Origin: an uncultured delta proteobacterium
GTDB taxonomy: Bacteria; Desulfobacterota; Desulfuromonadia; Desulfuromonadales; BM103
DNA length: 64,000 bases
NCBI GenBank assembly: GCA_963715335.1
Contig: CAVQRZ010000014.1
Span: 170,968-234,967, forward strand
Direction: 5' to 3'
How positions within the stretch are numbered: position 1 is the first letter of the stretch; the number at the start of each line of letters is the position of its first letter. Of the stretch, positions 43,119 to 53,407 are shown in pieces. Position numbers and translations under genes: made by a program. The notes under the pieces are model-generated. The model searched no databases. It was not told the origin of the DNA and saw only the letters and a program-made list of their open reading frames with translations.

Positions 43119-44495
43119 ATGTACGGCAAGATTCAGAAAATTCATTTTGTTGGTATCGGCGGCATCGGCATGAGTGGCATCGCCGAAGTGCTGATCAACC
43201 TCGGCTACCAGGTCTCAGGTTCCGATCTCAAGGAAAGCGAGATCACCCGGCGATTGCATAAGCTGGGGGGGGTGATCGCATACGGGCATCGCAGTGAGAA
43301 CCTCGCCGAAGTGGATGTCGTGGTAACCTCGACGGCTGTGAAACAGCACAACCCGGAAGTCGAGGAAGCCCACAGGCGGAAAATCCCCGTGATCCCCCGC
43401 GCAGAAATGCTGGCCGAACTGATGCGCATGAAGTACGGCATCGCGATTGCCGGAACTCACGGCAAGACAACGACCACCAGCATGGTGGCGACCGTTTTGT
43501 CGCACGGCAATATCGATCCGACGGTGGTGATCGGTGGTCGGCTCGATTCAATCGGCTCCAACGCGAAGTTGGGCCAGGGGGAGTTTTTGGTCGCAGAGGC
43601 CGATGAATCTGACGGGTCGTTCCTGAAGCTGTCGCCGACCATTGCCGTGGTCACCAATGTCGACGAAGACCATCTCGACTACTATGAGGACCTGGCTGAA
43701 ATCCGCGCAACCTTCATCGATTTTATTAACAAGGTGCCGTTTTATGGGCTGGTCGTGCTCTGTCTCGATGATCAGAACCTGCAGGGAATGATCCCCCAGG
43801 TAAAAAAACGCCTGATGACCTACGGTCTGGTCAGCCAGGCTGATTTCCAGGCTTCCGAAATCGTGCACGAAGGCGATCGTACCAAATTCATGGTGCAATA
43901 CCGTGGCGAGGAGCTCGGCCGACTGAGCATCCGCATGCCAGGTCGTCACAATGTTCTGAACGCACTGGCTGCCGTGGCCGTCGGTATGGAGCTGGATATG
44001 TCCTTCAAGTCGATCGCTGAGGGCTTCAAGGATTTTGGCGGCGTCGGCCGCAGGTTTGAGATCAAGGGGGAGCCGGCAGGGATCATGATCGTCGACGACT
44101 ACGGACATCATCCTGTAGAGATCAAGGCGACTCTGGCCGCGGCACGCTCAGGCTGGAGCCGGCGCGTGGTCGCTGTGTTTCAGCCGCATCGTTACAGCAG
44201 GACCGAAGCGCTGTTTGAGGACTTCACGACCGCCTTCTACCAGGCCGACCACATCGCCGTCATGGATATTTACGCCGCCGGTGAGCAACCGATCGCGGAG
44301 ATTACGGCAGAGAAACTGGCAAGCGGCATCAGTGGCCATGGTCACAAGTCCTGCTGCTATACCGGAGATGTAGAGTCCACGGTTGAGCATCTGCAGGCTG
44401 TGTTGCAGCCTGGTGATATCATGATCACGCTTGGTGCCGGTAATGTCTGGCAGGTCGGCGAAGAGCTGAATCGACTGCTAAGCGGGTCGGACTAA
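43119..44495 (+). CDS. murC: UDP-MurNAc:L-Ala ligase
   Basis: [30 protein letters not shown]. Confidence 0.97.
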   Translation: MYGKIQKIHFVGIGGIGMSGIAEVLINLGYQVSGSDLKESEITRRLHKLGGVIAYGHRSENLAEVDVVVTSTAVKQHNPEVEEAHRRKIPVIPRAEMLAELMRMKYGIAIAGTHGKTTTTSMVATVLSHGNIDPTVVIGGRLDSIGSNAKLGQGEFLVAEADESDGSFLKLSPTIAVVTNVDEDHLDYYEDLAEIRATFIDFINKVPFYGLVVLCLDDQNLQGMIPQVKKRLMTYGLVSQADFQASEIVHEGDRTKFMVQYRGEELGRLSIRMPGRHNVLNALAAVAVGMELDMSFKSIAEGFKDFGGVGRRFEIKGEPAGIMIVDDYGHHPVEIKATLAAARSGWSRRVVAVFQPHRYSRTEALFEDFTTAFYQADHIAVMDIYAAGEQPIAEITAEKLASGISGHGHKSCCYTGDVESTVEHLQAVLQPGDIMITLGAGNVWQVGEELNRLLSGSD

Positions 44496-44525
44496 AGCGT
44501 AGGAAACAGGGCCAGGAACAAAATC

Positions 44526-45455
44526 ATGTCAAATCGCAAAGTATTGACAGAGAGGAGAACGGCTGTACTGATGGGAGGACTCTCCGCCGAGCGCGAGATC
44601 TCCCTGAAGACCGGTAATGCTGTACTCAAGGCGCTGCTTGAGAACGGCTGCAATGCCGTAGCCGTGGATGTCGGGCACGATCTGCCCGCCCAGCTGCGGA
44701 ATGCGCGTGCCGAACAGGCCTTTATCTGTCTACATGGCCGCTACGGTGAGGACGGCACTGTCCAGGGCCTGCTGGAGTTAATGCAGGTTCCGTACACCGG
44801 CAGCGGCGTTATGTCATCAAGCATAGCGATGGACAAGGTTGTGAGCAAGCAGCTCATGCTCTACCACGAGATTTCGACTCCCGGATTCGTCGTCTACCGT
44901 TCCGGAGAAGACCGGCGCGCGCTACTGCAGAGCTGCAGGCATTTTCCGCTGGTCGTGAAGCCGGCCAGGGAAGGCTCGACGATAGGCATTACTATCGCTC
45001 GTGACCTGGACCAGCTCCGGGCCGGTCTGGATGAAGCCCTGCAACATGACGGCCTGGTTCTGATCGAGGATTTCATCAAGGGGGACGAAGTGACTGTCAG
45101 CGTGCTGAACGGCGAACCGCTGCCGATCATCAAGATCGTGCCGAAAAGTGGTTTTTACGACTACCAGTCCAAGTATACGCCGGGACAGACCGAGTATCTC
45201 CTGCCGGCACCACTCGACGCGCTCCTTTACAAGCGTCTGCAGGAGACGTCCGTGACGGCATGTCGGGCGCTTTCGTGCCGCGGGGCCGCCCGGGTCGACT
45301 TCATGATCCGGGGGCAGGAATTCTTCTGCCTCGAGATCAACACGATCCCGGGGATGACAGAAACCAGCCTGTTGCCTAAAGCCGCTGCAGAAGCCGGCGT
45401 GTCTTTCAAAGAACTGGTGATGCGGATTCTTGATGATGCGGATTTGAACAAGTAA
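44526..45455 (+). CDS. ddl: D-alanine--D-alanine ligase
   Basis: GGLSAEREIS, LHGRYGEDG, EINTIPG. Confidence 0.96.
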   Translation: MSNRKVLTERRTAVLMGGLSAEREISLKTGNAVLKALLENGCNAVAVDVGHDLPAQLRNARAEQAFICLHGRYGEDGTVQGLLELMQVPYTGSGVMSSSIAMDKVVSKQLMLYHEISTPGFVVYRSGEDRRALLQSCRHFPLVVKPAREGSTIGITIARDLDQLRAGLDEALQHDGLVLIEDFIKGDEVTVSVLNGEPLPIIKIVPKSGFYDYQSKYTPGQTEYLLPAPLDALLYKRLQETSVTACRALSCRGAARVDFMIRGQEFFCLEINTIPGMTETSLLPKAAAEAGVSFKELVMRILDDADLNK

Positions 45456-45472
45456 CGGGTGACGGAAAAGCG

Positions 45473-46315
45473 ATGAATGACCTGAAAACCAACAAGCAGA
45501 AAAAGCTCAAATCCAATCGACGCAAGCAAGAGAAGCAGGCGCGCGACTGGAAGCAGCTTTTTCATCGTTTGCTGAGGATCGGGATTGCTTCCGGAAGCGG
45601 CTTCCTGTTGGCCAGCGGCGCTCTGCTAACCGCGCAGATGCTGCTCGAATCGGGGTATTTCGACGTCGACCAGATTCGCGTGGAGCAGCAGGTGAGAGTC
45701 AGCGAGGGCGACATCCTTGATGCCTCCGATATTAAAATCGGCGACAGCCTGTTTGATCTTGAGCTGCATATGATCGGCCGCAAGATCGAAGAGCACCCCT
45801 GGATCGCCAGGGCCGAAGTGGAACGGGCGTTCCCCAACCAGGTGGTGATTCGGGTGGTGGAACGGCAAGTGAGGGCGATTATCGACCTCGACTACCTGTA
45901 TTACCTGGACCGGGAGGGCGCTGTTTTCAAAATGCTCGAATCAGGAGACGAACTCGATTACCCGGTGATTACCGGTATCGACAGACAATCCCTGCTCGAT
46001 CATCCGGACCAGACCCAGAACTGTCTGGATCTGGCTTTGAGCCTGATCGAGATGCTTGAACAGCGCCAGCTTTTCAACCTCGACGACGTATCGGAGATCC
46101 ATTACGACCAACAGGAGGGTCTGATTGTGTACACCCGCATCGGCGGAGTCCCGGTGCAGATTGGCAAACAGAATTATTATGCCAAGCTCGATCGCCTGGA
46201 AGCCATTTATGACGAGCTTGAGCCACGATTGCTGGCCCTCAAGTATATTGACCTTAACGTGACCGATCGTGTGATTGTCAAAGTGGATGTCAAGCGCACG
46301 GCCGGCAGAAGCTAG
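45473..46315 (+). CDS. ftsQ: Cell division protein FtsQ/DivIB
   Basis: TM plus POTRA domain (HPWIARAEVERAFPN); position in the cluster. Confidence 0.9.
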   Translation: MNDLKTNKQKKLKSNRRKQEKQARDWKQLFHRLLRIGIASGSGFLLASGALLTAQMLLESGYFDVDQIRVEQQVRVSEGDILDASDIKIGDSLFDLELHMIGRKIEEHPWIARAEVERAFPNQVVIRVVERQVRAIIDLDYLYYLDREGAVFKMLESGDELDYPVITGIDRQSLLDHPDQTQNCLDLALSLIEMLEQRQLFNLDDVSEIHYDQQEGLIVYTRIGGVPVQIGKQNYYAKLDRLEAIYDELEPRLLALKYIDLNVTDRVIVKVDVKRTAGRS

Positions 46316-46337
46316 ATTTAGAGGGAAGGGGAGACAC

Positions 46338-47567
46338 ATGAACAGTAAACGGGAAAATCTCGTCGTTGGACTCGATATCGGCACGACCAAGATCTGCGCC
46401 ATTGTCGGGGCAATGACCAGCGAGGGGCTCGATGTGGTCGGGATCGGGACCAGTCCGTCGCGGGGTTTGCGCAAAGGGGTGGTCATCAATATCGAGAGCA
46501 CAGTCAACGCAATCCGCAAGGCGATCCAGGAAGCGGAGCTGATGGCCGGATGCGAGATCAAGTCGGTCTTCGCCGGTATCGCGGGCGGCCACATCAAGGG
46601 GATCAACTCCCAGGGTGTGATTGCGATCAAAAACCGCGAGGTCACCAACGAAGATGTGCGACGCGTGATCGATGCCGCCAAGGCCCTGGCAATTCCGATG
46701 GACCGGGAGGTGATCCACATCCTGCCCCAGGAGTTCATCATCGATGACCAGGATGGTATCAAGGAACCGCTCGGCATGAGCGGAGTGCGCCTTGAAGCGA
46801 GGGTGCATATTGTCACCGGTGCGGTGGCCAGTGCCCAGAACATTATCAAGAGCTGCAACAAGGCCGGGGTTGATGTCGGTGACATCGTCCTTGAGCAGCT
46901 GGCGTCCTCGGAAGCCGTGCTGACGCCTGATGAAAAAGACCTCGGCGTCGCCCTGGTCGATATCGGCGGCGGCACTACGGATATCGCCATCTTCGTTGAT
47001 GGTGCGATCAAACATACTTCAGTCCTGTCCCTCGGCGGCAACCACCTGACCAACGATATTGCCGTCGGTCTGCGCACCCCGACAGCCGAGGCAGAAAAGA
47101 TCAAGCAGATTTCGGGCTGTTGCCTGACGTCAATGGTCGGCAAGGACGAAACGATTGAGGTGCCGTCGGTAGGTGGCCGCGAGCCGCGCATCCTGTCGCG
47201 CCAGCTCCTCGCAGAGATTCTCGAGCCGCGTGTCGAGGAGATCTTCACCCTGGTAAATCGGGAGATCGTCAAGAGTGGTTTCGAGGACCTGATCGCATCC
47301 GGGGTGGTACTGACCGGTGGTTCGGCGATCCTGCCGGGAATGCCAGAGCTGGCCGAGCAGATTTTTGACCTGCCGGTTCGCCGCGGCAAGCCGATAGATA
47401 TCGGCGGCCTGACCGACGTGGTCAACTCACCGATCTACGCAACCGGCGTAGGCCTGGTGAAATACGGTAGCCGCAACATGCAGACGCGCAACTTCGTGAT
47501 CGGCCAGGAGAACCTCTTCGATCGCGTCACGCGCCGGATGAAGGAATGGTTCGGAGAATTTTTCTAA
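46338..47567 (+). CDS. ftsA: Cell division protein FtsA
   Basis: GLDIGTTK, DIGGGTT, C-terminal amphipathic helix WFGEFF. Confidence 0.97.
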   Translation: MNSKRENLVVGLDIGTTKICAIVGAMTSEGLDVVGIGTSPSRGLRKGVVINIESTVNAIRKAIQEAELMAGCEIKSVFAGIAGGHIKGINSQGVIAIKNREVTNEDVRRVIDAAKALAIPMDREVIHILPQEFIIDDQDGIKEPLGMSGVRLEARVHIVTGAVASAQNIIKSCNKAGVDVGDIVLEQLASSEAVLTPDEKDLGVALVDIGGGTTDIAIFVDGAIKHTSVLSLGGNHLTNDIAVGLRTPTAEAEKIKQISGCCLTSMVGKDETIEVPSVGGREPRILSRQLLAEILEPRVEEIFTLVNREIVKSGFEDLIASGVVLTGGSAILPGMPELAEQIFDLPVRRGKPIDIGGLTDVVNSPIYATGVGLVKYGSRNMQTRNFVIGQENLFDRVTRRMKEWFGEFF

Positions 47568-47653
47568 AGTGAAAATCAAGGCAATGTGCCAGTAACTTAA
47601 ACTGACGGAGCCATGGAGAGGTTCCGGACACAACAATGGCGGAGGGAGTCATT

Positions 47654-48808
47654 ATGTTTGAATTTGACGAAAAAGTTGACCAGGTAGCAAAGATCAAGGT
47701 AGTTGGAGTCGGCGGCGGCGGCGGCAACGCAGTCAATACGATGATTGCCGGTCGCATCGAGGGGGTAGAGTTCATGGTGGCGAACACCGATGCCCAGGCA
47801 TTACGTGCCAACCTTGCGTCACTGCGGGTGCAGCTCGGCACAAAGCTGACCAAAGGGCTCGGTGCCGGGGCCAACCCGGAAGTCGGCCGGGAAGCGGCCG
47901 AAGAGGACCGCAACCGCCTGAAGGAACTGCTGCAGGGCGCAGACATGGTCTTTATCGCTGCCGGCCTTGGCGGAGGGACCGGGACCGGTGCTGCGCCGGT
48001 GATTGCCGAAGTCGCAAGAGAGATCGGTGCGCTGACCGTTGCTGTTGTAACCAAGCCGTTCTCTTTCGAGGGCAAACAACGCATGGTCAAGGCAGATGAA
48101 GGGGTGGAAGAGCTCAAACAGGTTGTCGATTCCCTGATCCTGATTCCGAATGATCGTCTCAGCGGGCTCGCCGACAAGAAAATGGGTATCCTCGATGCGT
48201 TCAAACCTGCCGACGATGTGCTGCGCCAGGCTGTACAGGGGATCTCGGACCTGATTACCACTCACGGCATGATCAATGTTGACTTTGCCGACGTCAAGGC
48301 GGCGATGAGCGAACGCGGCATGGCAATGATGGGGATCGGTCTTGCCGAAGGCGAAAATCGAGCCGTTACCGCGGCACAACAGGCGATCTGTAGCCCGCTT
48401 CTGGAGGAGATCGATATCTCCGGGGCCAAGGGTGTGCTGGTCAATGTGACCGGTTCTTCGAGTATGACTATGGATGACTACCAGGCCGTCGCCAATATCA
48501 TCCACGAGAAAGTTCACGAAGATGCCAACATCTTTATCGGTTTGGTCATCAACGAGGAGATGGGTGAGAAAATCCAGGTCACCGCGATCGCAACAGGGTT
48601 TGGCTGCTCTTTCGATACCGGCAAGCGTGGTGCGGGCAAGGACCTCGGTTATCCGACTCCCATGGCGCCGAACAAGATCGACCGCGACATCCCGGCCTTT
48701 ATCCGTAACCAGAACCAGGACAAGCCGCGTGCCAGCATGCGCATCGGCAATTACAGTGAAGACGAGGAGTACGATATCCCGACGTTTTTGCGCAAGCGCG
48801 TCGACTGA
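47654..48808 (+). CDS. ftsZ: Cell division protein FtsZ
   Basis: GVGGGGGNAV, GGGTGTG, DIPTFLRK tail. Confidence 0.98.
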   Translation: MFEFDEKVDQVAKIKVVGVGGGGGNAVNTMIAGRIEGVEFMVANTDAQALRANLASLRVQLGTKLTKGLGAGANPEVGREAAEEDRNRLKELLQGADMVFIAAGLGGGTGTGAAPVIAEVAREIGALTVAVVTKPFSFEGKQRMVKADEGVEELKQVVDSLILIPNDRLSGLADKKMGILDAFKPADDVLRQAVQGISDLITTHGMINVDFADVKAAMSERGMAMMGIGLAEGENRAVTAAQQAICSPLLEEIDISGAKGVLVNVTGSSSMTMDDYQAVANIIHEKVHEDANIFIGLVINEEMGEKIQVTAIATGFGCSFDTGKRGAGKDLGYPTPMAPNKIDRDIPAFIRNQNQDKPRASMRIGNYSEDEEYDIPTFLRKRVD

Positions 48809-49118
48809 AAGAGAACGTTTCCCGAAGGGCCGGCTTTAAGGTCCCGACGGCCAACTGCTGGTATACAATTCTGTGGCTTGTCAAAGAGTGAGCAGCCGTG
48901 CCGGTTCTCCGCCCGGCGTCTCGCGGTTTGTTCTATGCTCTGCGCCTGCCTGTAATGGGACTCCCTCAACAACCTTGGGCCGCCTCGTGCGGCCCTATTT
49001 TTTAGTCCCGGACCTTGCCGCATCCATCAGCTTCGAAGATGCGTTTGCTTGCTTGCACTCTTTGCAACCGGGATGGCTTCTTCAGCTTGATTTCCCTGTA
49101 GGTGACCAAATTGAATCA

Positions 49119-49568
49119 TTACTGCAGGGCAGCTTCGACCATTCCGGCCAGGGCCTTGCCAAGTTTACCGGCGACCGGGCAATCAGCGACACCATGGCGT
49201 TTCGCCAGAAATTCCGGATCGTTGTAGCCCAACCATACCTGGGATGATGCGTCCTCCCAGACCAGGGCCTTCAGAGGCAGGTCGATGCCAGCAGTCTGCG
49301 CACACTCCATAAACGGCGTCCCGCCTTGCGGGTTGCCGAATATAAGCACTTCCGTTGGGCGCAGGGCTTTGCCGATCTTCGCTGCGCCGGCGGCGTGATC
49401 GATTCGAGCGAAAACATTCAGGCCGCGCTCTTTCACCACAGCTTCAAACCGGGCCATCGTGTCATTGGCGCTGTAGGGGCTCTTGACGGCGACCAGGCCC
49501 TCGGCAGCTCCGGCTGCCGAGACCAGTACTGCGCAGCTTAGGATCAGAAATAATTGCAGGGCTTTCAT
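49119..49568 (-). CDS. DUF302 family secreted protein
   Basis: FARIDHAAGA, LIFGNPQGGTP, GIDLPLK. Confidence 0.9.
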   Translation of the reverse strand: MKALQLFLILSCAVLVSAAGAAEGLVAVKSPYSANDTMARFEAVVKERGLNVFARIDHAAGAAKIGKALRPTEVLIFGNPQGGTPFMECAQTAGIDLPLKALVWEDASSQVWLGYNDPEFLAKRHGVADCPVAGKLGKALAGMVEAALQ

Positions 49569-49674
49569 GGGATCTCCTTCTCTGTAGATGTCAATGAATT
49601 TTGGATATCCGGATCACTCCCTGCAATTATAACCCTTCCCGGAGAAATTTTTTGCAAGCACGGCTTTAAGGGGA

Positions 49675-50019
49675 CTATCCGTGGGCCATCCTGGAGTCGT
49701 TCGGGGCTTGTTCTCTTGCCGCCATCGAATAATCCCTGGTTATGCCGCCTACGCGAATCCGGTAGTCCTTGAACAACCTGCCGCGCCCTTTTGCCTGGGC
49801 GGTGCGGTGCTCGCCGCGTTCGCGCCATTGGGCCACTGAGGCTTCGTCCTCCCAGAATGAAAGGGACAGGATCTTGTCCGGGTCTGTCAGGCTCTGGAAG
49901 CGTTCGATTGATACAAATCCAGGGCTGTCCGCCAGGTGTTGACGGAGGTCAGCGGCGATAGCCAGGTATTCGGCGCTGCCGGCCGGCTTCAGGATAACCT
50001 CGAAGATTACTACGATCAT
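49675..50019 (-). CDS. Antibiotic biosynthesis monooxygenase (ABM) family protein
   Basis: MIVVIFEV...PGFVSIERFQS...LSLSFWEDE...HR.AQ.GR. Confidence 0.9.
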   Translation of the reverse strand: MIVVIFEVILKPAGSAEYLAIAADLRQHLADSPGFVSIERFQSLTDPDKILSLSFWEDEASVAQWRERGEHRTAQAKGRGRLFKDYRIRVGGITRDYSMAAREQAPNDSRMAHG

Positions 50020-50060
50020 GGGGAACTCCGACTGGTTGGAAAAGGGAACAGACTGTGATT

Positions 50061-50297
50061 CTACGGTTTGTCGTCTTGCTGCTCCACCTTTGATTCCACT
50101 ACTTTGCCGGTCTGCGTGTCCAGTATGTAATACCCCGTCCAGCCGCGAACATCACTTGTCCCCGATGCAGCGGAGAATGAAGAGATCTGGAACCTGCCGG
50201 GCGTGGTCGCAAGATTTGCCGCGCCTGTGATCAGGAGCATCCCTGCACAGGCGAGGAATCCCAGGATAAACATTTTCAGATGGCTTTTTTCCTGCAT
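50061..50297 (-). CDS. Small hypothetical membrane or secreted protein
   Basis: GGAGG RBS, hydrophobic N-terminus, GRFQI...YILDTQTG. Confidence 0.7.
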   Translation of the reverse strand: MQEKSHLKMFILGFLACAGMLLITGAANLATTPGRFQISSFSAASGTSDVRGWTGYYILDTQTGKVVESKVEQQDDKP

Positions 50298-50415
50298 AGG
50301 TCACCTCCGGGGTGATGGATGTAAGACGGTCACAGCCCGCTCGCTGAGCCGGGATGGTTGTTTCGGTTGGGTGTGGACCTTTACGCAAAATTATCCCGTA
50401 CTTTTGTTTTGGTGG

Positions 50416-51081
50416 CTAGCCGGGCTTGATCGCGCTGTAGAGCGCCATTGTGCCAAAGACAGTATCGAAAGTCTGCCTTTGTGCCACTTCAATAAACCCG
50501 GCGTGCTCAAAGAGTTCGGGGAGTCTGCCCGACACGTTGTCCCGGGTGTTTTTGAAACCGTCGAACAGTTGTTCCAACAGAAATACCCCACGCATCAAGA
50601 CGTTGGCAGCGCGCCCCCAATCAGCGACATGCAGCTCCGCACCCGGTTTGAGAACCCGAAACAACTCACGCGCTGTTTGCTCTTTTTCCTCCCATAACAG
50701 ATGGTGAAAGAACAGGCTGGAAACGACACGATCAAAGTGATCCGCTGGATAAGGCAGGTTGCAAGACAGAGCGCGATCGAATTGCACCGAGACGTTGGCT
50801 TGTTGTGCTTTACGGACCGCAATCGATAAAATTGCCGGATCAGCATCGACCCCCGTTACCACGGCCTGTGGCTGGCGTTGTTTGATCCAGATCGCCAGGG
50901 TCCCCGTCCCCGAGGCTAGATCAAGTATCTGCTGACCTGGCCCAAGCTGCGCTTGCTTGATAAGGGCCTGCTTGAAGCGACGCTCGCGAATCGTAACGCC
51001 AGCGATCGCATCGTAATGAGGTGTAAGCCAGTGAAAGCGCAGCGCTGGCAGGTATTTCGGTTCAGGAGATTGCGGCATCAA
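50416..51081 (-). CDS. Class I SAM-dependent methyltransferase (probable former cassette)
   Basis: ILDLASGTG, FDRVVSSLFFHHL, RVLKPG; starts just downstream of the attC at 51098-51201. Confidence 0.88.
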   Translation of the reverse strand: MMPQSPEPKYLPALRFHWLTPHYDAIAGVTIRERRFKQALIKQAQLGPGQQILDLASGTGTLAIWIKQRQPQAVVTGVDADPAILSIAVRKAQQANVSVQFDRALSCNLPYPADHFDRVVSSLFFHHLLWEEKEQTARELFRVLKPGAELHVADWGRAANVLMRGVFLLEQLFDGFKNTRDNVSGRLPELFEHAGFIEVAQRQTFDTVFGTMALYSAIKPG

Positions 51082-51097
51082 TGTTCCGATATTGTCC

Positions 51098-51201
51098 AGC
51101 TAATGGACCAAGCGGGCTGGAGCTGGTTCTTTTCAAGTGTGTAGAAACCTTTACGCGAACCACCGACGTATCAACCCGTCCGCTTGAGTGTCTGGTTAAA
51201 T
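51098..51201 (-). other. attC site, damaged (5-nt deletion in the L' box, R' GTT changed to ATT)
   Basis: Minus strand ATTTAAC-cagaca-CTCAAGCGGAC...CCAGCCCGC[-----]TTGGTCC-ATTAGCT; colinear with 54387-54495. Confidence 0.8.
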
Positions 51202-51238
51202 GTTTGTCTCGACCAACCCTTTTGGCCCTTATCGCGGG

Positions 51239-52432
51239 CTAGATACGCCGCTTGACCCTGATGGCAATTGTGCCGACCCCCAAAAAGGCAACGCCCATCA
51301 GAACGAGTGTGACCGGCCAGCCTAACGAATTCGCGAAGTGCTCTGCAGAGAAATAGCCGATGAAGCCGAGCATCGCGATGACAGTCGTCAACAAGAGTGC
51401 CCGGCTTTGCAGCACGACACAGGCGTAGAGAATCGCGGCTGTGACGGCAAGGTAGAGCAGTTCGAAGGGCGTGTCCTGCACAAGATCGAACAAGCCGCTG
51501 TAGAAGAGGATCGAGCCAATGCAATAGCCAAGGCCTGCCAGGCGATCATGCCGCACCTCCTTGTGCAGGCCGTACGCGGTCAACATCACGCACACCCCTG
51601 TCATCACGCTCGCCCAGTTGGCGGACGTGACCAGCGCCATCTGGTCGAACAAGCCGGCGTTGAGCCAGCAGACCCCGATGAACAGTGCTGGCTCGGCGAG
51701 CACGCGGTGAGGGGTGTCTCCCAGGGCAACACCGACCAGGAACAGGGAGGCGCCGAGCGCTATCGCGATATACGTGACCGGTATGCCGAGCATGTCCAGG
51801 CCGACATGCATGAAGCCATAGACGAAAAAGAGTGCCGTGAAGGCCAGCACGGTGACCCTGTATTTAGCGAGCAAGACGCCCTGGTGCAGGGTCATCATGC
51901 CGAAGACGAAGAGCGTCGCGGCCCGCCAGTTGTCGCCGTGCGGAAACACCTCGTGGATGAGGACGAACCAGCCGCTGGCCATCATCAACGCACAGGCGAT
52001 CGTCAGCGGCAGGATCAGCCTGGGGAATTTTTTTTCATGGAGCGCGGACACCAGCACGATCAGGAGAACGTAGCCGACGCCCAGGGTCACGAACACCCGC
52101 ATCACGCTGCCCATGCTGTCCCAGAACATGCCGATGTAGGTGCCGACGCCGGCGAGAATAAAAATCGCCCCGAGATAGGAAAAGAGGGTCTTGGCGATAT
52201 CGCTTTTGCTCCGCCTTGTCGCTGCGGCGTCGATGGCGGCAGGCGTATGCAGCGCGTTTTCGACTTCGGCGAGCGTGATGCCGTACGTCTTCATCAGCTG
52301 CGCGATCTGCCTGAGTGCGCTGGATTTGTCGGTGACGGCCGACAGGCCAAGGACCCCGGCCATCAACGGCCAGCCCCATATGCCGCCGCCGATCAACAGC
52401 AATATGATGATCAGAACCGATAGCGCAATCAT
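51239..52432 (-). CDS. Multi-pass membrane protein (DUF2157-like)
   Basis: About 12 TM segments; YLGAIFILAG..IG.FWD pattern. Confidence 0.75.
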   Translation of the reverse strand: MIALSVLIIILLLIGGGIWGWPLMAGVLGLSAVTDKSSALRQIAQLMKTYGITLAEVENALHTPAAIDAAATRRSKSDIAKTLFSYLGAIFILAGVGTYIGMFWDSMGSVMRVFVTLGVGYVLLIVLVSALHEKKFPRLILPLTIACALMMASGWFVLIHEVFPHGDNWRAATLFVFGMMTLHQGVLLAKYRVTVLAFTALFFVYGFMHVGLDMLGIPVTYIAIALGASLFLVGVALGDTPHRVLAEPALFIGVCWLNAGLFDQMALVTSANWASVMTGVCVMLTAYGLHKEVRHDRLAGLGYCIGSILFYSGLFDLVQDTPFELLYLAVTAAILYACVVLQSRALLLTTVIAMLGFIGYFSAEHFANSLGWPVTLVLMGVAFLGVGTIAIRVKRRI

Positions 52433-53052
52433 GATGACACGACCCAGCCGATGAAGTGGGTGTTGCCGCTGTAGTAGCGATCCGCAACCTCGGGCAGGCG
52501 GACGCTGCGCCCGTTTTTCGTCAGCACCGCTTCATGGCGATAGCGCGAGGAATAAAACAGCTCGCCGAAGATGTTGCCCGAATAGCGATTGCTGCCCAAC
52601 CGGAATTCGTAGCCGTCGGGTGCGATGCTGGACGAATCGACCGTCAGTCCTGCGAGGTCGGGGACGCTGAGGATGGTTGTTTTGAGGCCTTCCCCAGGCG
52701 CTTGCGGTGTTTGACCAGCCTGGGTCAGGCCGGATGGGACGATGATGGCGATCTCTTGCACCGCCCCGGTTTTTGGGTTGTAGCGCCACAAGCGCGGTTT
52801 CTGGCTGGCCTGTTCGGTGCCCTGGTAGACAACTTGCACCTTCCGGTCTACGACGGATACCTGCACACCGTTTTGGTAATTGTAATATCCGGTGGCGTAA
52901 AGCACGTCGTATTGCGGGGGATCGACCAGGAGAGTGGGTATCCCCGAAACCAGGAGAAAAACCACAACGAGTAAGAGTGGCAAGCCCAGGCCAAAAGCGA
53001 TGGTGGGGTTGTCGCGGAGAAAAGATTTCATGCCAGCGTCTCCTGTCTTCAT
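52429..53052 (-). CDS. Hypothetical membrane-anchored protein, translationally coupled to the downstream gene
   Basis: N-terminal TM; 4-nt overlap with the next ORF; start may be 53031. Confidence 0.75.
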   Translation of the reverse strand: MKTGDAGMKSFLRDNPTIAFGLGLPLLLVVVFLLVSGIPTLLVDPPQYDVLYATGYYNYQNGVQVSVVDRKVQVVYQGTEQASQKPRLWRYNPKTGAVQEIAIIVPSGLTQAGQTPQAPGEGLKTTILSVPDLAGLTVDSSSIAPDGYEFRLGSNRYSGNIFGELFYSSRYRHEAVLTKNGRSVRLPEVADRYYSGNTHFIGWVVSS

Positions 53053-53143
53053 TAGCTTGGACCGGACTCAAAAGTGCTCGGTTCGAATTAAGTGGGGTAT
53101 CCCCCGACTCTGCTTCCTTAATAATTTGATTGGTTGGTTCGCC

Positions 53144-53407
53144 CTATTCGTAGTGCGTCCACATGCGTAGTACCTTCACCGTACGAATATTTTCGAGAAC
53201 CTGATAGGCAAGCCTGTGCTTGATGTTTATGCGTCGCGAGTAAGCACCAGCCAGATCGCCAACCAGTTTTTCGTATGGGGGTGGATTTTGATAGGGGTTC
53301 TCTGCAAGGATTTCGAGCAACGGCTGCGCTTTCGGTTTCAACCCGGAAGCGGAAAGCTTCTTTGCATCTTTCTGGGCATGCCTGGTGTAGACGAGTTTCC
53401 AACTCAC
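53144..53407 (-). CDS. yoeB: Txe/YoeB family toxin
   Basis: PPPYEKLVGDLAGAYSRRINIKHRLAY...MWTHYE. Confidence 0.92.
   Translation of the reverse strand: MSWKLVYTRHAQKDAKKLSASGLKPKAQPLLEILAENPYQNPPPYEKLVGDLAGAYSRRINIKHRLAYQVLENIRTVKVLRMWTHYE

Noticed and set aside
45941..47425. Long antisense ORFs (494 aa here; also 3202-3915, 4220-5110, 5230-6270, 11791-12672, 51338-52423)
   Set aside because: These are shadows of well-supported genes on the opposite strand, as expected in GC-rich coding DNA.
48873..49118. ORF or structured RNA between ftsZ and DUF302
   Set aside because: Only a terminator-like hairpin (GGGCCGC-ctcgt-GCGGCCC then ATTTTTT) is visible; the ORFs have no recognisable features.
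49119..50297. DUF302, ABM and small hypothetical genes as integron cassettes
   Set aside because: They are co-oriented with the array, but I found no RYYYAAC/GTTRRRY structure after their stops, so they were left unassigned.
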